Origin: an uncultured Hippea sp.
Lineage (GTDB): Bacteria; Campylobacterota_A; Desulfurellia; Desulfurellales; Hippeaceae
Length of the DNA stretch: 42,661 nucleotides
NCBI GenBank assembly: GCA_964442345.1
Contig: CAYTZD010000002.1
Span: 2,771-45,431 of the forward strand
Direction of reading: 5' to 3'
Position numbers and translations under genes: made by a program. Within the stretch, counting starts at the first letter, position 1. The number at the start of each line of letters is the position of its first letter. The notes below the pieces were generated by a model. The model was not told where the DNA came from, ran no database searches, and saw only the letters and a program-made list of their open reading frames with translations. Positions 26,850 through 36,538 of this stretch are shown here, in pieces.

Positions 26850-29651
26850 ATGATTTCTTTAAATAGAAGAAGCTTTTTGAAGCTCTCATCTTTGGTTGGT
26901 GGTGGTTTGCTCTTTTTCAAGCCATCTGCCAAGGCTGGTCTTTACACGCCACATTACAAGAAACCTGCAGGCGAGATTAAGTACTATCCAAATGTCTGCA
27001 GCTTCTGTTCAACGGCGTGCGACATAAAGGTTAGGACAAGGGTTGATGGTAAATTCAAGAAACCACAGAAGATCGACGGAAACCCAAAATCCACTCTCAA
27101 CAGAGGAAGAATATGCGCAAGAGGACAATCCGGCATAAGAACCGTCTATAACCCTGATAGAATCAAATATCCACTTATAAGGGTTGAAGGTTCAAAAAGA
27201 GGCGAGTGGAAATTCAGAAAGGCAACATGGAAAGAAGTTGAAGAGTACATAAGAAAAAAGGTTATAGAAAACAACATTCAGCCACATGAATTTGCCGTTT
27301 TTGCAGGTCAAAGGGCATGCGCCTATGAGAGACTTGGCGCCTTCGCACTTCTTGCATCTATAGGTTCTCCAAACATGATAGGTTCTCCAATGCAGCAGTG
27401 CGTTATGGCAGAGCATGCCGGTGCTGATGTAACGGTTGGTATGATGACTTCCCACGATGAGATACTCGTTGATATGGACAATACAAAGGTTATGCTTGTT
27501 GTGGGAAGTAATGCTGCTATAGCTGGAATCTCCGTTTCAAGGGCAGTTAGATTTGCTCAAGGTAGAAGAAATGGAATGAAGGTTATAGCATTAGACCCAA
27601 GATTAAGCGAGACAGCAGCCAAAGCCGATAAATGGATAGCATTAAAGCCTGGAACCGACCTGCCTTTCCTGATGGCTGTAATAAGACTGCTAATAAAACA
27701 TGAGATGTATGAAGAAGAATTCTTAAGAAGACATTCAACGGCTCCATTCTTGATATTTGACAACAATGGAACACCAGAAGCATTTGGACAAAATACAAAT
27801 CCTGAATCTTTACCATTCTCAGATAAATACTATGTTTATGATGAGATCTCCGAACAGATTGTTGAAGTTGAAGGATTTACAAATGACAATATAGGAAACA
27901 AAAAGATAAAACCTGCACTGTTTGCTCCAAAAGGTTTAACATTCCAGGGTAAACCTGCAAAAACAGCCTTTGATTATCTCTGGGAGACAGTAAAAGATGC
28001 TACACCTGAATGGGCTGCAAAGATCTGCGATATCGATCCAAAAGATATCGAAGAGACAGCCGAAATGCTCGGCAGGATTAGGCCTGCCACTGTGTATCCA
28101 GGATGGATGGACGGAAGATACGAAGATGTTGTTCAAGCAAGAAAAGCTGCAGCAATTATCAATGTTTTGGTAGGCGGTGTTGATAGAGAAGGTGGATGGA
28201 TATACAACCCAGAGATGAGAGAAGGCATAGAAAGATTCTATCATGCTTATAAATCTGGCAAGCTTAAGAATCCTATGAGCCTTGTAATGGCAACAGCAAT
28301 GGCACCTGGTTTGTTGGGTATGATAGGTAAGCTTGAAGGTATGATGTATTCGGGCAAAAACCCAATGTTTAAAGGTTATCCGCACTTCACACGAGCCTAT
28401 TTTGAATATAGAGCGAAAAAAGAAGGTAAAAAGCCTATACCTTTCTCTCTGTTTACAAATGCAGGATTCCAAGAAGCTGTTGAAGGTAAGCTAACCTGGA
28501 ACGGCAAACCATATAGAATTAAATTTGCATATATCTATTCAACTAACCCATTAAAAGATTATTACGGATACAAAACTTGGGCAAAAACATTCTCCAATCC
28601 AAACCTTAAACTTGTTGTTGTAAATGATATATTGCCATCTGATATGACTGCCTTTGCAGATGTTATTTTGCCTGACCAGACATACCTTGAAAAATACAGC
28701 GAGGTAATGCCTGATGGTCCAAATGGCGATTTAGCTATAAGAATGAGATTCCCAAGTGTAAGCAAAATCGGTGATGTAAAAGGCGGAGACGAAGCTATAT
28801 GTATGATTTCGAATGCAATGGGCGGCAGAAGAGGTGGTGATTACTTCTCTGCAGCTATGATGGTATCCCAGTTTACACACTGGGATATGGGCAAAACAAT
28901 GAAAGAACTAAGGCTTGCATGGAAAGGTAAGAAGCCACTTTATAAGGCATATAGAGATTTGGCTTTAGAAAGCATAAGCAAGAAGCTAAATATGACACCA
29001 CAGCAGCTTGAGAAAACCTTAGAGAAAGAAGGTGTCTTAATATTAAAGAAAAAAGAAGAGTTAATGGAAGAACTTGGCATGCCTTACAAGGTTCCTGTTC
29101 CAACATTCTCAGGAAGGGTTGAGATATATTCAACGCTATTCTCTCACTTTAATCATGTATATGGCGTTGATCCACACTGGAATCCTATACTCACCTACAT
29201 ACCATTTGAATACAGAAAAGGAGCACCAAGAGAAACATTCAAGCCAGAAGGTAATGAGTTCTTCTTCGCTTTCGGTAAAGTTCCAGAGATGACCTACTTA
29301 ACTACAGCAGATAACCCACTATTGCATGCACTTGTAACAAGACACGAAGAAGAGAATTTTGGCTTCTGGATGAATCCAAAGGCTGCAGCAAGATTAGGTC
29401 TAAAGGAAGGTGATAAGATAGAAGTTGAAAACACTGTTTCTGGCCAGAAAATTCAATCCTTTGTACATCTAACAGAAGCTATTAGAGAAGATACTGTATA
29501 TACAATGAGTGACTTTGGAATGGAAAATCCAAAACTGACATATGCTCATGGCAAGGGTACAGATATGGGTAAAATAATACCTTACAGAGTGGGTCCTGTT
29601 ACAGCTTCTGCTATGAGCTGTCAGTTTACGGTTAAGATAAGAAAAATATAA
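26850..29651 (+). CDS. Tat-exported Mo/W-bisPGD oxidoreductase catalytic subunit, polysulfide/sulfur/thiosulfate reductase (PsrA/SreA/PhsA) family
   Basis: LNRRSFLK Tat motif, CSFCSTAC...ICARG FS0, probable Cys metal ligand in GSPN...QQC, DPRLSETA, PGTD, ADVILP; followed by NrfC- and NrfD-type genes. ATG 26850 is 6 nt after GGAGG. Confidence 0.88.
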   Translation: MISLNRRSFLKLSSLVGGGLLFFKPSAKAGLYTPHYKKPAGEIKYYPNVCSFCSTACDIKVRTRVDGKFKKPQKIDGNPKSTLNRGRICARGQSGIRTVYNPDRIKYPLIRVEGSKRGEWKFRKATWKEVEEYIRKKVIENNIQPHEFAVFAGQRACAYERLGAFALLASIGSPNMIGSPMQQCVMAEHAGADVTVGMMTSHDEILVDMDNTKVMLVVGSNAAIAGISVSRAVRFAQGRRNGMKVIALDPRLSETAAKADKWIALKPGTDLPFLMAVIRLLIKHEMYEEEFLRRHSTAPFLIFDNNGTPEAFGQNTNPESLPFSDKYYVYDEISEQIVEVEGFTNDNIGNKKIKPALFAPKGLTFQGKPAKTAFDYLWETVKDATPEWAAKICDIDPKDIEETAEMLGRIRPATVYPGWMDGRYEDVVQARKAAAIINVLVGGVDREGGWIYNPEMREGIERFYHAYKSGKLKNPMSLVMATAMAPGLLGMIGKLEGMMYSGKNPMFKGYPHFTRAYFEYRAKKEGKKPIPFSLFTNAGFQEAVEGKLTWNGKPYRIKFAYIYSTNPLKDYYGYKTWAKTFSNPNLKLVVVNDILPSDMTAFADVILPDQTYLEKYSEVMPDGPNGDLAIRMRFPSVSKIGDVKGGDEAICMISNAMGGRRGGDYFSAAMMVSQFTHWDMGKTMKELRLAWKGKKPLYKAYRDLALESISKKLNMTPQQLEKTLEKEGVLILKKKEELMEELGMPYKVPVPTFSGRVEIYSTLFSHFNHVYGVDPHWNPILTYIPFEYRKGAPRETFKPEGNEFFFAFGKVPEMTYLTTADNPLLHALVTRHEEENFGFWMNPKAAARLGLKEGDKIEVENTVSGQKIQSFVHLTEAIREDTVYTMSDFGMENPKLTYAHGKGTDMGKIIPYRVGPVTASAMSCQFTVKIRKI

Positions 29652-29665
29652 GTGGAGGCTAAAAA

Positions 29666-30274
29666 ATGGCAAGATATGGAATGGTAATGGATGTAACATC
29701 ATGCTTGGGCTGCAGAGCTTGTATGGCAGCATGCTCCCAGTGGAATCAGACGCCTTTCTGGGCTGAAGATTTCAAGGGCAAATGGAGAACAAGGGTTACA
29801 GAATTAGAAGAAGGCAAATTCCCAGAAACCCACAAGATATTCTTCCCAACAATATGTATGCACTGTGAAAATCCACCTTGTCATTCTGTTTGTCCTACAG
29901 GTGCAACATTCATCAATAAAGATGGCATTGTTTTAATCGATTACGACTTGTGCTTGGGTTGTGGATACTGTATTGAAGCATGTCCGTATGATGCAAGATA
30001 CGAGTATGAGAAAGAAGATCTTGAAAAAGATGAGTTCTACTTCGGTGAAGACGCAAGACACCATCAGGTACACATTGACAAATGTACATTCTGCGTTGAT
30101 AGGCTTGAAGAGGGTCTTCAGCCAAGCTGTGCTTCTACATGCGTTGGACATGCAAGAATATTTGGTGATTTGGATGATCCTAACTCTGAAGTTGCAAAAC
30201 TGGTTAATAGTGGTAAGGCTAAACCGTTAAGTCCATACTTAGGCGTCGATCCTAAGGTTTATTACATTAAATAA
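29666..30274 (+). CDS. Four-cluster Fe-S subunit (PsrB/NrfC/SreB family)
   Basis: CLGCRACMAAC, CMHCENPPCHSVCP, CLGCGYCIEACP, KCTFC...CASTC, FGDLDDP. Confidence 0.93.
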   Translation: MARYGMVMDVTSCLGCRACMAACSQWNQTPFWAEDFKGKWRTRVTELEEGKFPETHKIFFPTICMHCENPPCHSVCPTGATFINKDGIVLIDYDLCLGCGYCIEACPYDARYEYEKEDLEKDEFYFGEDARHHQVHIDKCTFCVDRLEEGLQPSCASTCVGHARIFGDLDDPNSEVAKLVNSGKAKPLSPYLGVDPKVYYIK

Positions 30275-30289
30275 AAAAAGGAGGGAAAA

Positions 30290-31159
30290 ATGGACCTTAT
30301 TCAACAGCATACATGGGGATGGTTTATCGCCATATACCTTTTCTTTGGTGGATTAGGTGGAGCCACATTGGCTTTAGGTATCTTGGGCGATCTAAGGTTT
30401 AAAATGGGTAAATGGTTTGGAATAGGAACTGCAGTTTTAGGACTTGCTGTATTAAGCTTTGGTCTTATATGGCTTGTTTTAGACTTAATAGATCCATTTA
30501 GATTTTTACTTGCCTTCTGGATAAAAGGAATAGCTCATTCTTGGATTGCTCGCGGTATGCTTATCATTACGGGTGCTTATATATTTGGAGTTCTTTATAT
30601 ACTCGCTGCATTTTACGGCTGGGAAACATTCAAAAAATGGATGGGCTATCTGGCAATGATTTGTGGATTCGGTGTAACAACCTATACTGGTCTTCTGCTT
30701 AATGCCAATGTTGCTATTCCTTTCTGGCACACACCTGCTTTACCAGTTCTGTTTACCGTTAGTGCATTTTCTACAGGCTGTGCACTGTTGATGCTTGTTC
30801 TTTCTGCTATGAAATCAGAAGAAGCACATCATTATTTCCACTTCATAGAAGGTTTTGATATATTCCTGATATCTTTGGAATTACTCGTAATATTTGCTTA
30901 CTTTGACTTTGCAAGACTTGGAAATGCAGCTGTTATGAAGTCTGCTCATCTGCTTCTTAACAATCCTTTATTTACTATTGGATTCCTTATCTTTGGTCTT
31001 ATTGCTCCGCTTATACTTGAAGCCTACGCTTCTACAAAGGAGCATGCCAAGGGTCTTGCAGCTTTTGCTTCTGTTTTAGTTCTCATAGGTGGATTCTTAC
31101 TGAGATATCTGATTGTTTGGGCTGGCGTATATCAGTACCCACACGGTATAGCAGGGTAG
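30290..31159 (+). CDS. NrfD/PsrC-family membrane anchor, quinol oxidase subunit
   Basis: WGWFIAIYLFFGG, DL..P.RF, SWIARG, YTGLLL...PFW, GGFLLRY; about 8 TMs. Confidence 0.92.
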   Translation: MDLIQQHTWGWFIAIYLFFGGLGGATLALGILGDLRFKMGKWFGIGTAVLGLAVLSFGLIWLVLDLIDPFRFLLAFWIKGIAHSWIARGMLIITGAYIFGVLYILAAFYGWETFKKWMGYLAMICGFGVTTYTGLLLNANVAIPFWHTPALPVLFTVSAFSTGCALLMLVLSAMKSEEAHHYFHFIEGFDIFLISLELLVIFAYFDFARLGNAAVMKSAHLLLNNPLFTIGFLIFGLIAPLILEAYASTKEHAKGLAAFASVLVLIGGFLLRYLIVWAGVYQYPHGIAG

Positions 31160-31168
31160 GGTATAATT

Positions 31169-31204
31169 AGTCTGGCTCCCACAAGAAGGGAGCTGGACTT
31201 TTTC
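31169..31204 (+). terminator. Intrinsic terminator after the Mo-enzyme operon
   Basis: AGTCTGGCTCCC-acaagaa-GGGAGCTGGACT, a 12-bp stem with two G-U pairs, followed by a T tract. Confidence 0.75.
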
Positions 31205-31235
31205 TATTTTTTGATTAAAATTACTTCTGCATAGA

Positions 31236-31311
31236 GCGGATGTAGCTCAGTTGGTAGAGCGCAAGCTTCCCAAGCTTGATGTCGCGGGTTCGATTCCCGT
31301 CATCCGCTCCA
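31236..31311 (+). tRNA. tRNA-Gly (anticodon CCC)
   Basis: 76 nt cloverleaf: acceptor GCGGATG/CATCCGC, D arm GCTC/GAGC, anticodon stem CAAGC/GCTTG with CCC at 31269-31271, GGTTCGATTCC T arm, discriminator U and encoded CCA. Confidence 0.98.
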
Positions 31312-31316
31312 TTTTT

Positions 31317-33575
31317 TTATTTTAGTTCAATGATTGTTGCGCCATCTCCGCCTTCTTCTGGTGGTGCAGGGTAAAATCTTTTTACAGCGGGTATCTCTTT
31401 AAGCGTTTCTCTAACCATATTTTTCAATATACCGCTGCCGTGTCCATGTACAATGCGTGCTTTCTCTGTTGAATCCATAGCAAGTGAATCAATAAATTTC
31501 AAAAGTTCTATCTTAGCTTCATCACTTCTTTTGCCTATTAGGTTTAATTCAAATCCACTGGTTATTCTTGTTGTGTTTACCTTTATCTTTTCTTCCTTCT
31601 TTTTAGGTTCTGCTTTCTTTAGTCTATTTAGATCAACAACAAGCAGCTTGCCTTCTAACTCAACTGTTGCTTTATTGTTTTTTATGCTTATCAATCTTCC
31701 AGTCAATCCATTGAATTCTATAAAATCTCCTTCTTTTAGGCTTGATTGCTCTTTTTGGGTGTGCTCTTCTTTAAATGTTTCTTTGGCTCTCTTTTTTATT
31801 CTATCTAAGCTTTTGTGCGTTTTTGATATATTTTTCTCTCTTAGAAGTGTCGCTATTTCGTTTTTTAGCTCTTCTATAAGCTTTTCAAACTCTCTTTCCT
31901 TCTCTCTCTTCTTTCTGTTTAGCTCATCAAGAAATCTCTCTTTCTCTTTTTGCTCTCTTTCAACTATCTCTGTATATACCTTTTTTAATCTTTCTAACTC
32001 TTCTCTTCTTTTTCTGTAATACTCTATGCTTTTTTCAAGCTGCGATTCCAACCTTGCAAATGTTGATGAACTTTCTTTGTAGAATCGCTTTGCAGTATCG
32101 ACAATCTCTTTTTCCAATCCGAGAGTCTCTATTATCTCAATACCATAGCTTTTTCCTATTCTGCCGTATGTTAATTTGTATGTTGGTTTTAATGTCTTTG
32201 AGTCAAACTCAAACGATGCCATATTGAATCCTTCAGCCTGGAGAATGTATGCCAATTTTTTGTAATGGGTTGATGCACAAACAGTGCACTTTTTTGCCGT
32301 CTCTTTTATTATCGCATAGGCAACGGCTTCGCCTTCGTCTGGTGATGTGCCAGAACCTATCTCATCAAGCAGAATAAGCGTATTTTGAGTGGCTTTCTCA
32401 AATGCCTTCTTAAAAGCAACTATCTTTGATGAAAAACCACTTAAAGACTCGAATATATCCTGCTGATCGCCTATAACGGCAAACAGGTTATCAAATTTGC
32501 CTATCGTTAACCTTTGAGCTGATGGGGGAATAGCAGAATAGACACTCAAAATCAGAAGGCCTATGGTTTTTAGAAATACCGTCTTTCCACCTGTATTAGG
32601 ACCTGTTATTATCAGTTTTGAATCCGATTTTAGATCTATATCAACAGGCTTTACATCTTCTTTTATGTGTAAAAGTATTGGATGCATTGCCTTTTTTGCA
32701 AAGATTATGGGTTTATCTGAGAAATCGACATCGCACTCTGGCAACCTTTTTGAATAGAGATACTTCGCTACATTTAAATCAAGAATACCTATCTTTTTTT
32801 CGTTTACCTTTAAGCGCGAAGCATTATCCCTTACCAAGTTTGTTAGATTGAACAGTATTCTTCTTCTTTCTGCCTCTTCTTTGGTTTCTAACTCTTCCAA
32901 TTTTGAGTTTAGATTAAACACAGCATCTGGCTCAACAAAAAAACCGCCGCTTTTTCCTATATCTATAATCCTTCCGTTTACATACTCTTTAAAATTCGGT
33001 TTAAGCAGAATGGTGTATCTTGAGCGTTTCAAAAAAACTGCCGTATCCAACAGCACATCCCTTGCCTTTGAATGCATAATGTTCTTCAAAACCCTTGTTA
33101 TACTCTGTTGCACTTCCTTTTTCTGGGTTCTTATCTCAAACAGATGCGCCGTTGCAGAATCTTTAAGAAGTCCATGTTCGTCTATTGCTTTTGTTATCTC
33201 ATCAAGCAGTTGATATGGTATATCAAAATTGACAAAGTTTAGATAAAACTCTTTGTCGTTGACTTCTATCTCTTCTTTTATTCTTATAAGCTGTGATATA
33301 AAATCGCCGATCTTTTTTAACTCTTTCTCATCAAGCATACCCACAAAGGAAGCTTTTAGAATCTCATTTATGTATATATCATCAATAGCAGGTATGCCCC
33401 ACTTGTTGAAATGCTCTAAAAATACCTTTAGCGTTTCAAATTCCTTTTTTGCTTTTTCGAAATCAAATACGGGTTTTAATCTATTGAGAGCTTCTCTACC
33501 GTATTCTGTCTGTATATGTTTTTCTATAATATCTTTCAGTTTATTGTAATCTAATATGTTTAATGTGCTTTTCAT
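31317..33575 (-). CDS. mutS2: Endonuclease MutS2
   Basis: ITGPNTGGKT, DQQDI..SLSGFS, LLDEIGSGTSP.EG, STHY, coiled coil, Smr domain IVHGHGSG. Confidence 0.95.
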   Translation of the reverse strand: MKSTLNILDYNKLKDIIEKHIQTEYGREALNRLKPVFDFEKAKKEFETLKVFLEHFNKWGIPAIDDIYINEILKASFVGMLDEKELKKIGDFISQLIRIKEEIEVNDKEFYLNFVNFDIPYQLLDEITKAIDEHGLLKDSATAHLFEIRTQKKEVQQSITRVLKNIMHSKARDVLLDTAVFLKRSRYTILLKPNFKEYVNGRIIDIGKSGGFFVEPDAVFNLNSKLEELETKEEAERRRILFNLTNLVRDNASRLKVNEKKIGILDLNVAKYLYSKRLPECDVDFSDKPIIFAKKAMHPILLHIKEDVKPVDIDLKSDSKLIITGPNTGGKTVFLKTIGLLILSVYSAIPPSAQRLTIGKFDNLFAVIGDQQDIFESLSGFSSKIVAFKKAFEKATQNTLILLDEIGSGTSPDEGEAVAYAIIKETAKKCTVCASTHYKKLAYILQAEGFNMASFEFDSKTLKPTYKLTYGRIGKSYGIEIIETLGLEKEIVDTAKRFYKESSSTFARLESQLEKSIEYYRKRREELERLKKVYTEIVEREQKEKERFLDELNRKKREKEREFEKLIEELKNEIATLLREKNISKTHKSLDRIKKRAKETFKEEHTQKEQSSLKEGDFIEFNGLTGRLISIKNNKATVELEGKLLVVDLNRLKKAEPKKKEEKIKVNTTRITSGFELNLIGKRSDEAKIELLKFIDSLAMDSTEKARIVHGHGSGILKNMVRETLKEIPAVKRFYPAPPEEGGDGATIIELK

Positions 33576-34516
33576 TTTGACGGGCTAAAGCATGTTACAA
33601 AGGTTTCATACATCTCTCTACCGAATTCACTTACGAAAAACTCTCTATTCTCTTTCAGCGCTTCGAATGTTGTTTTGGGTAATTCGTTTTTATACTCCCT
33701 TTTTGAAGTTATGGCATCGAATATGTCGCACATTGCACATATTCGAGCAAACGGGTTTATCTCTCTTTTGCCAAATGGATAGCCAGATCCATCCTTTCTC
33801 TCGTGATGTTCCAATATAATCTTTTCAACGATGGGTGAATGTATCTTTAGTTCGTTTTTTATTATCTCAACACCGTATATCGGGTGCTTTTTTATCTCTT
33901 CATACTCTTCAGGCGTATATTTTGTTGTTTTCTGCACTATTTTTTTATCTATCTTTAACATCCCTATATCGTGCAGAAAGTAACCCTTTGATATCTCTTC
34001 TAACTTTTGAAGCGATAGATCTTCAAACATCTTCTTGGTAAGCATAGAAGCATATACTCCAACATTAAACATATGCACAGCCAGATTGTGTATGTCGCTT
34101 CTTATAAAAGACATAAATATGGATATTGCCACCGCATCGTTTATCGCATGTGCTACAAATCTTCCAACATCTTTTGATACATTCTTGGCAATAGATAAAT
34201 CATTGTTCTTTACCAGATTTTCAAAGTTATCTATCATAGAAACATACAAGGCATACATCTTGTTCTTCTTTGAAAGTGTATTATCGTTCAATATCTCATC
34301 TATGTTGTTGCTTATATATTTTTTATAGGAAGCAAGCTGATTTGCAGGTATATATGCTATGAAATTGGAGTTATATTCCAAGATTGGGCTATCCTTTTCA
34401 AGTGGTGTGTTTTTGCCAAGCAGTAGAACAGGCTTTGTCTCATCTAACAGATATATATCAAAATCCCTTTTGGGAGATGGTTTTATGACCTTAAGTCTAA
34501 TAGGTACAAATTTCAT
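33572..34516 (-). CDS. HD-GYP domain cyclic-dinucleotide phosphodiesterase
   Basis: LHDIG, KHP, HHERKDGSGYP, CDIFDAITSKREY. Confidence 0.9.
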   Translation of the reverse strand: MKFVPIRLKVIKPSPKRDFDIYLLDETKPVLLLGKNTPLEKDSPILEYNSNFIAYIPANQLASYKKYISNNIDEILNDNTLSKKNKMYALYVSMIDNFENLVKNNDLSIAKNVSKDVGRFVAHAINDAVAISIFMSFIRSDIHNLAVHMFNVGVYASMLTKKMFEDLSLQKLEEISKGYFLHDIGMLKIDKKIVQKTTKYTPEEYEEIKKHPIYGVEIIKNELKIHSPIVEKIILEHHERKDGSGYPFGKREINPFARICAMCDIFDAITSKREYKNELPKTTFEALKENREFFVSEFGREMYETFVTCFSPSK

Positions 34517-34523
34517 CCTGCGA

Positions 34524-35042
34524 TTACTTTTCTATGCCAACCCTTGCCTGTACACCTTTCTGATAGTAATGCTTTATCTCTCTCATCTCTGTAACCAAGT
34601 CAGCTTTTTCTATCAGCTTGTCCGTTGCGTATCTACCTGTTATCACAAGTTCTGTATTTGAAGGTTTCTCTTCCATCAACCTTATTAGATCATCATCACT
34701 AAACAGACCAAAGAAAACGGCAATATTTGCTTCATCCATTATAACTATATCGTATTCGTTGTTTTTCAAGGCATCTCTTACAAATTCATAACCCTTTTTT
34801 GCCTGTTTGAAGTCTTCTTCTGTCGGTTTTGAGTGTATAAAACCTTCTCTTCCAAACTGTTTTACGGTTATGTTATCAAACTTCTCAAGAGCCTTATGCT
34901 CACTATATGGCAAACCCTTAACAAACTGCGCAAATAGAACTTTATATCCTGCACCTGCTGCCCTTACAGCAAGACCTATGGCAGCCGTTGTTTTTCCTTT
35001 ACCGTTTCCCGTATAGATTTGAACATAACCCTTATCCTTCAT
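34524..35042 (-). CDS. cobO: Cob(I)alamin adenosyltransferase CobO/BtuR family
   Basis: YTGNGKGKTTAA.G, QFVKG, DEAN, ITGR, ADLVTEM..IKHY, GIE. Confidence 0.93.
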   Translation of the reverse strand: MKDKGYVQIYTGNGKGKTTAAIGLAVRAAGAGYKVLFAQFVKGLPYSEHKALEKFDNITVKQFGREGFIHSKPTEEDFKQAKKGYEFVRDALKNNEYDIVIMDEANIAVFFGLFSDDDLIRLMEEKPSNTELVITGRYATDKLIEKADLVTEMREIKHYYQKGVQARVGIEK

Positions 35043-35640
35043 TGCTTAGCTCCTGAATTAACTTCTTCTCTTTTGCTAAGAAGCTATATCCCATCTCTCC
35101 CAACGATCTATAAAACAAAGGAACATCACTGCCGCCTTTTACATCTTCAAAAAACGAAGGAGCCCAACTTAGAAGATGATTTTCAAAGAAATCCTTTATT
35201 ATTGGTTTACAGCCTTCTTCGTTTTCTAAAAGAAATGCAGAAAATTCAAGCTCAAACACAAGATAATCGGCAAATTCCCTTTCATCAAACACTTCCAATC
35301 CACACGATTCGTATATCTCTTTTACTTCGTCGGATACATTGCCGCCTACAAGCCCTTCTTTGTAAAAAGACTCATACGGATGAAATGGCGTCTTTGGAAA
35401 GTTTGATATGAATAAACCTGTATAAATACCCTGCCACTCGTGAAGTGTCATACCTTTTATCTCTTCAAGTCCCTTCTTTAGGTTCCTTATGCCTGTTATC
35501 TTGTAATCGTTTTTATTCAAGTTTGTATAAGATTTATGAAAAAGCTGAATGGCTTTATCTATAACTTCTTCAAATCTCTCTTCTGGATATGTGAAGCCTA
35601 TACTTAAAAATCTATACATCGCTATTCTATCTTCTTTCAT
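35032..35640 (-). CDS. TorD/DmsD/NarJ-family molybdoenzyme maturation chaperone
   Basis: Y..LF, PYESFY, EFADYLVFELEF (DH/DY motif), FFENHL.SW. Confidence 0.85.
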   Translation of the reverse strand: MKEDRIAMYRFLSIGFTYPEERFEEVIDKAIQLFHKSYTNLNKNDYKITGIRNLKKGLEEIKGMTLHEWQGIYTGLFISNFPKTPFHPYESFYKEGLVGGNVSDEVKEIYESCGLEVFDEREFADYLVFELEFSAFLLENEEGCKPIIKDFFENHLLSWAPSFFEDVKGGSDVPLFYRSLGEMGYSFLAKEKKLIQELSNEG

Positions 35641-35652
35641 GACTGCTCCCTT

Positions 35653-36537
35653 TTAAACAAGACAAAACTCATAGATTGCCATTCTGGCAAATACACCATT
35701 TTCAACCTGTTTTGTTATCAACGATTTGTTGAAGTTATCCAAAATCTCAGAAGTCAATTCTACATTTCTGTTTACAGGTCCAGGATGCATTATGTATGAA
35801 TCTGGAACATTCAAGCTGTTTATACCGAAAAATTTAGCGTATTCCTTCAATGAAGGTATGTTGTTGCCGCTTTCCCTTTCAAGCTGAATTCTTAAAAGCA
35901 TCACAAAATCCTTATCAGAAAGCGCATCTTTAAGATTCTTCTCTATTTTTATGTTATCAAGCCATCTTTCGTCTGGAAGCATTGTTTTTGGACCGTAAAA
36001 GCTTAATTCCCAATTAAACAGCTTTGACATCCATAGATGACTTTTTGCGACCCTGCTATTTGTAATATCTCCAATTATGCACACCTTTAAGCCTTCTAAC
36101 TTTCCCTTTGTCTCAAACATAGTTACGGCATCCAATATGGCTTGAGAAGGGTGATTTGCCGTACCATCACCCGCATTGATAATAGGTATATCTGTAAACC
36201 TGCTGAGAAAATACGGATAACCAGAATGATAATGTCTCACAATAAAGGCATCGGGCATCATTGCGCTTAGGTTTATTATTGTATCGTAATCCGTCTCGCC
36301 CTTTTTTATACTTGACTGATTGTGATCTATGTTTATAAAGCTTGCGCCCATTCTCTTGGCTGCTATCTCAAAGGATGTTCTCGTTCGTGTGCTATTTTCA
36401 AAGAATATGCTGATGATGGTTTTGTCTTTAAGTTTACCTTTGTATGCTTGAGAATTCTGCTTAAATTCCAAAGCCCTTTTTACCAAAAACTCAACTTCTT
36501 CCTTTGATAAATCCTTAATAGAAATAAAGTGTCTCAT
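35653..36537 (-). CDS. pyrB: Aspartate carbamoyltransferase catalytic subunit
   Basis: FFENSTRTRTSFE, NAGDG..HPSQ, LRIQLER, MHPGPVNR. Confidence 0.97.
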   Translation of the reverse strand: MRHFISIKDLSKEEVEFLVKRALEFKQNSQAYKGKLKDKTIISIFFENSTRTRTSFEIAAKRMGASFINIDHNQSSIKKGETDYDTIINLSAMMPDAFIVRHYHSGYPYFLSRFTDIPIINAGDGTANHPSQAILDAVTMFETKGKLEGLKVCIIGDITNSRVAKSHLWMSKLFNWELSFYGPKTMLPDERWLDNIKIEKNLKDALSDKDFVMLLRIQLERESGNNIPSLKEYAKFFGINSLNVPDSYIMHPGPVNRNVELTSEILDNFNKSLITKQVENGVFARMAIYEFCLV

Positions 36538-36538
36538 C

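Noticed and set aside
27936-28472. 178-aa minus-strand ORF
   Set aside because: Antisense shadow within the molybdoenzyme gene.
31236-31311. tRNA-Gly as an integration site
   Set aside because: No integrase and no duplicated tRNA 3' end were seen in the window.
31453-32019. 188-aa Ser/Phe/Leu-rich ORF
   Set aside because: Mirror of the Lys/Glu-rich MutS2 coiled coil.
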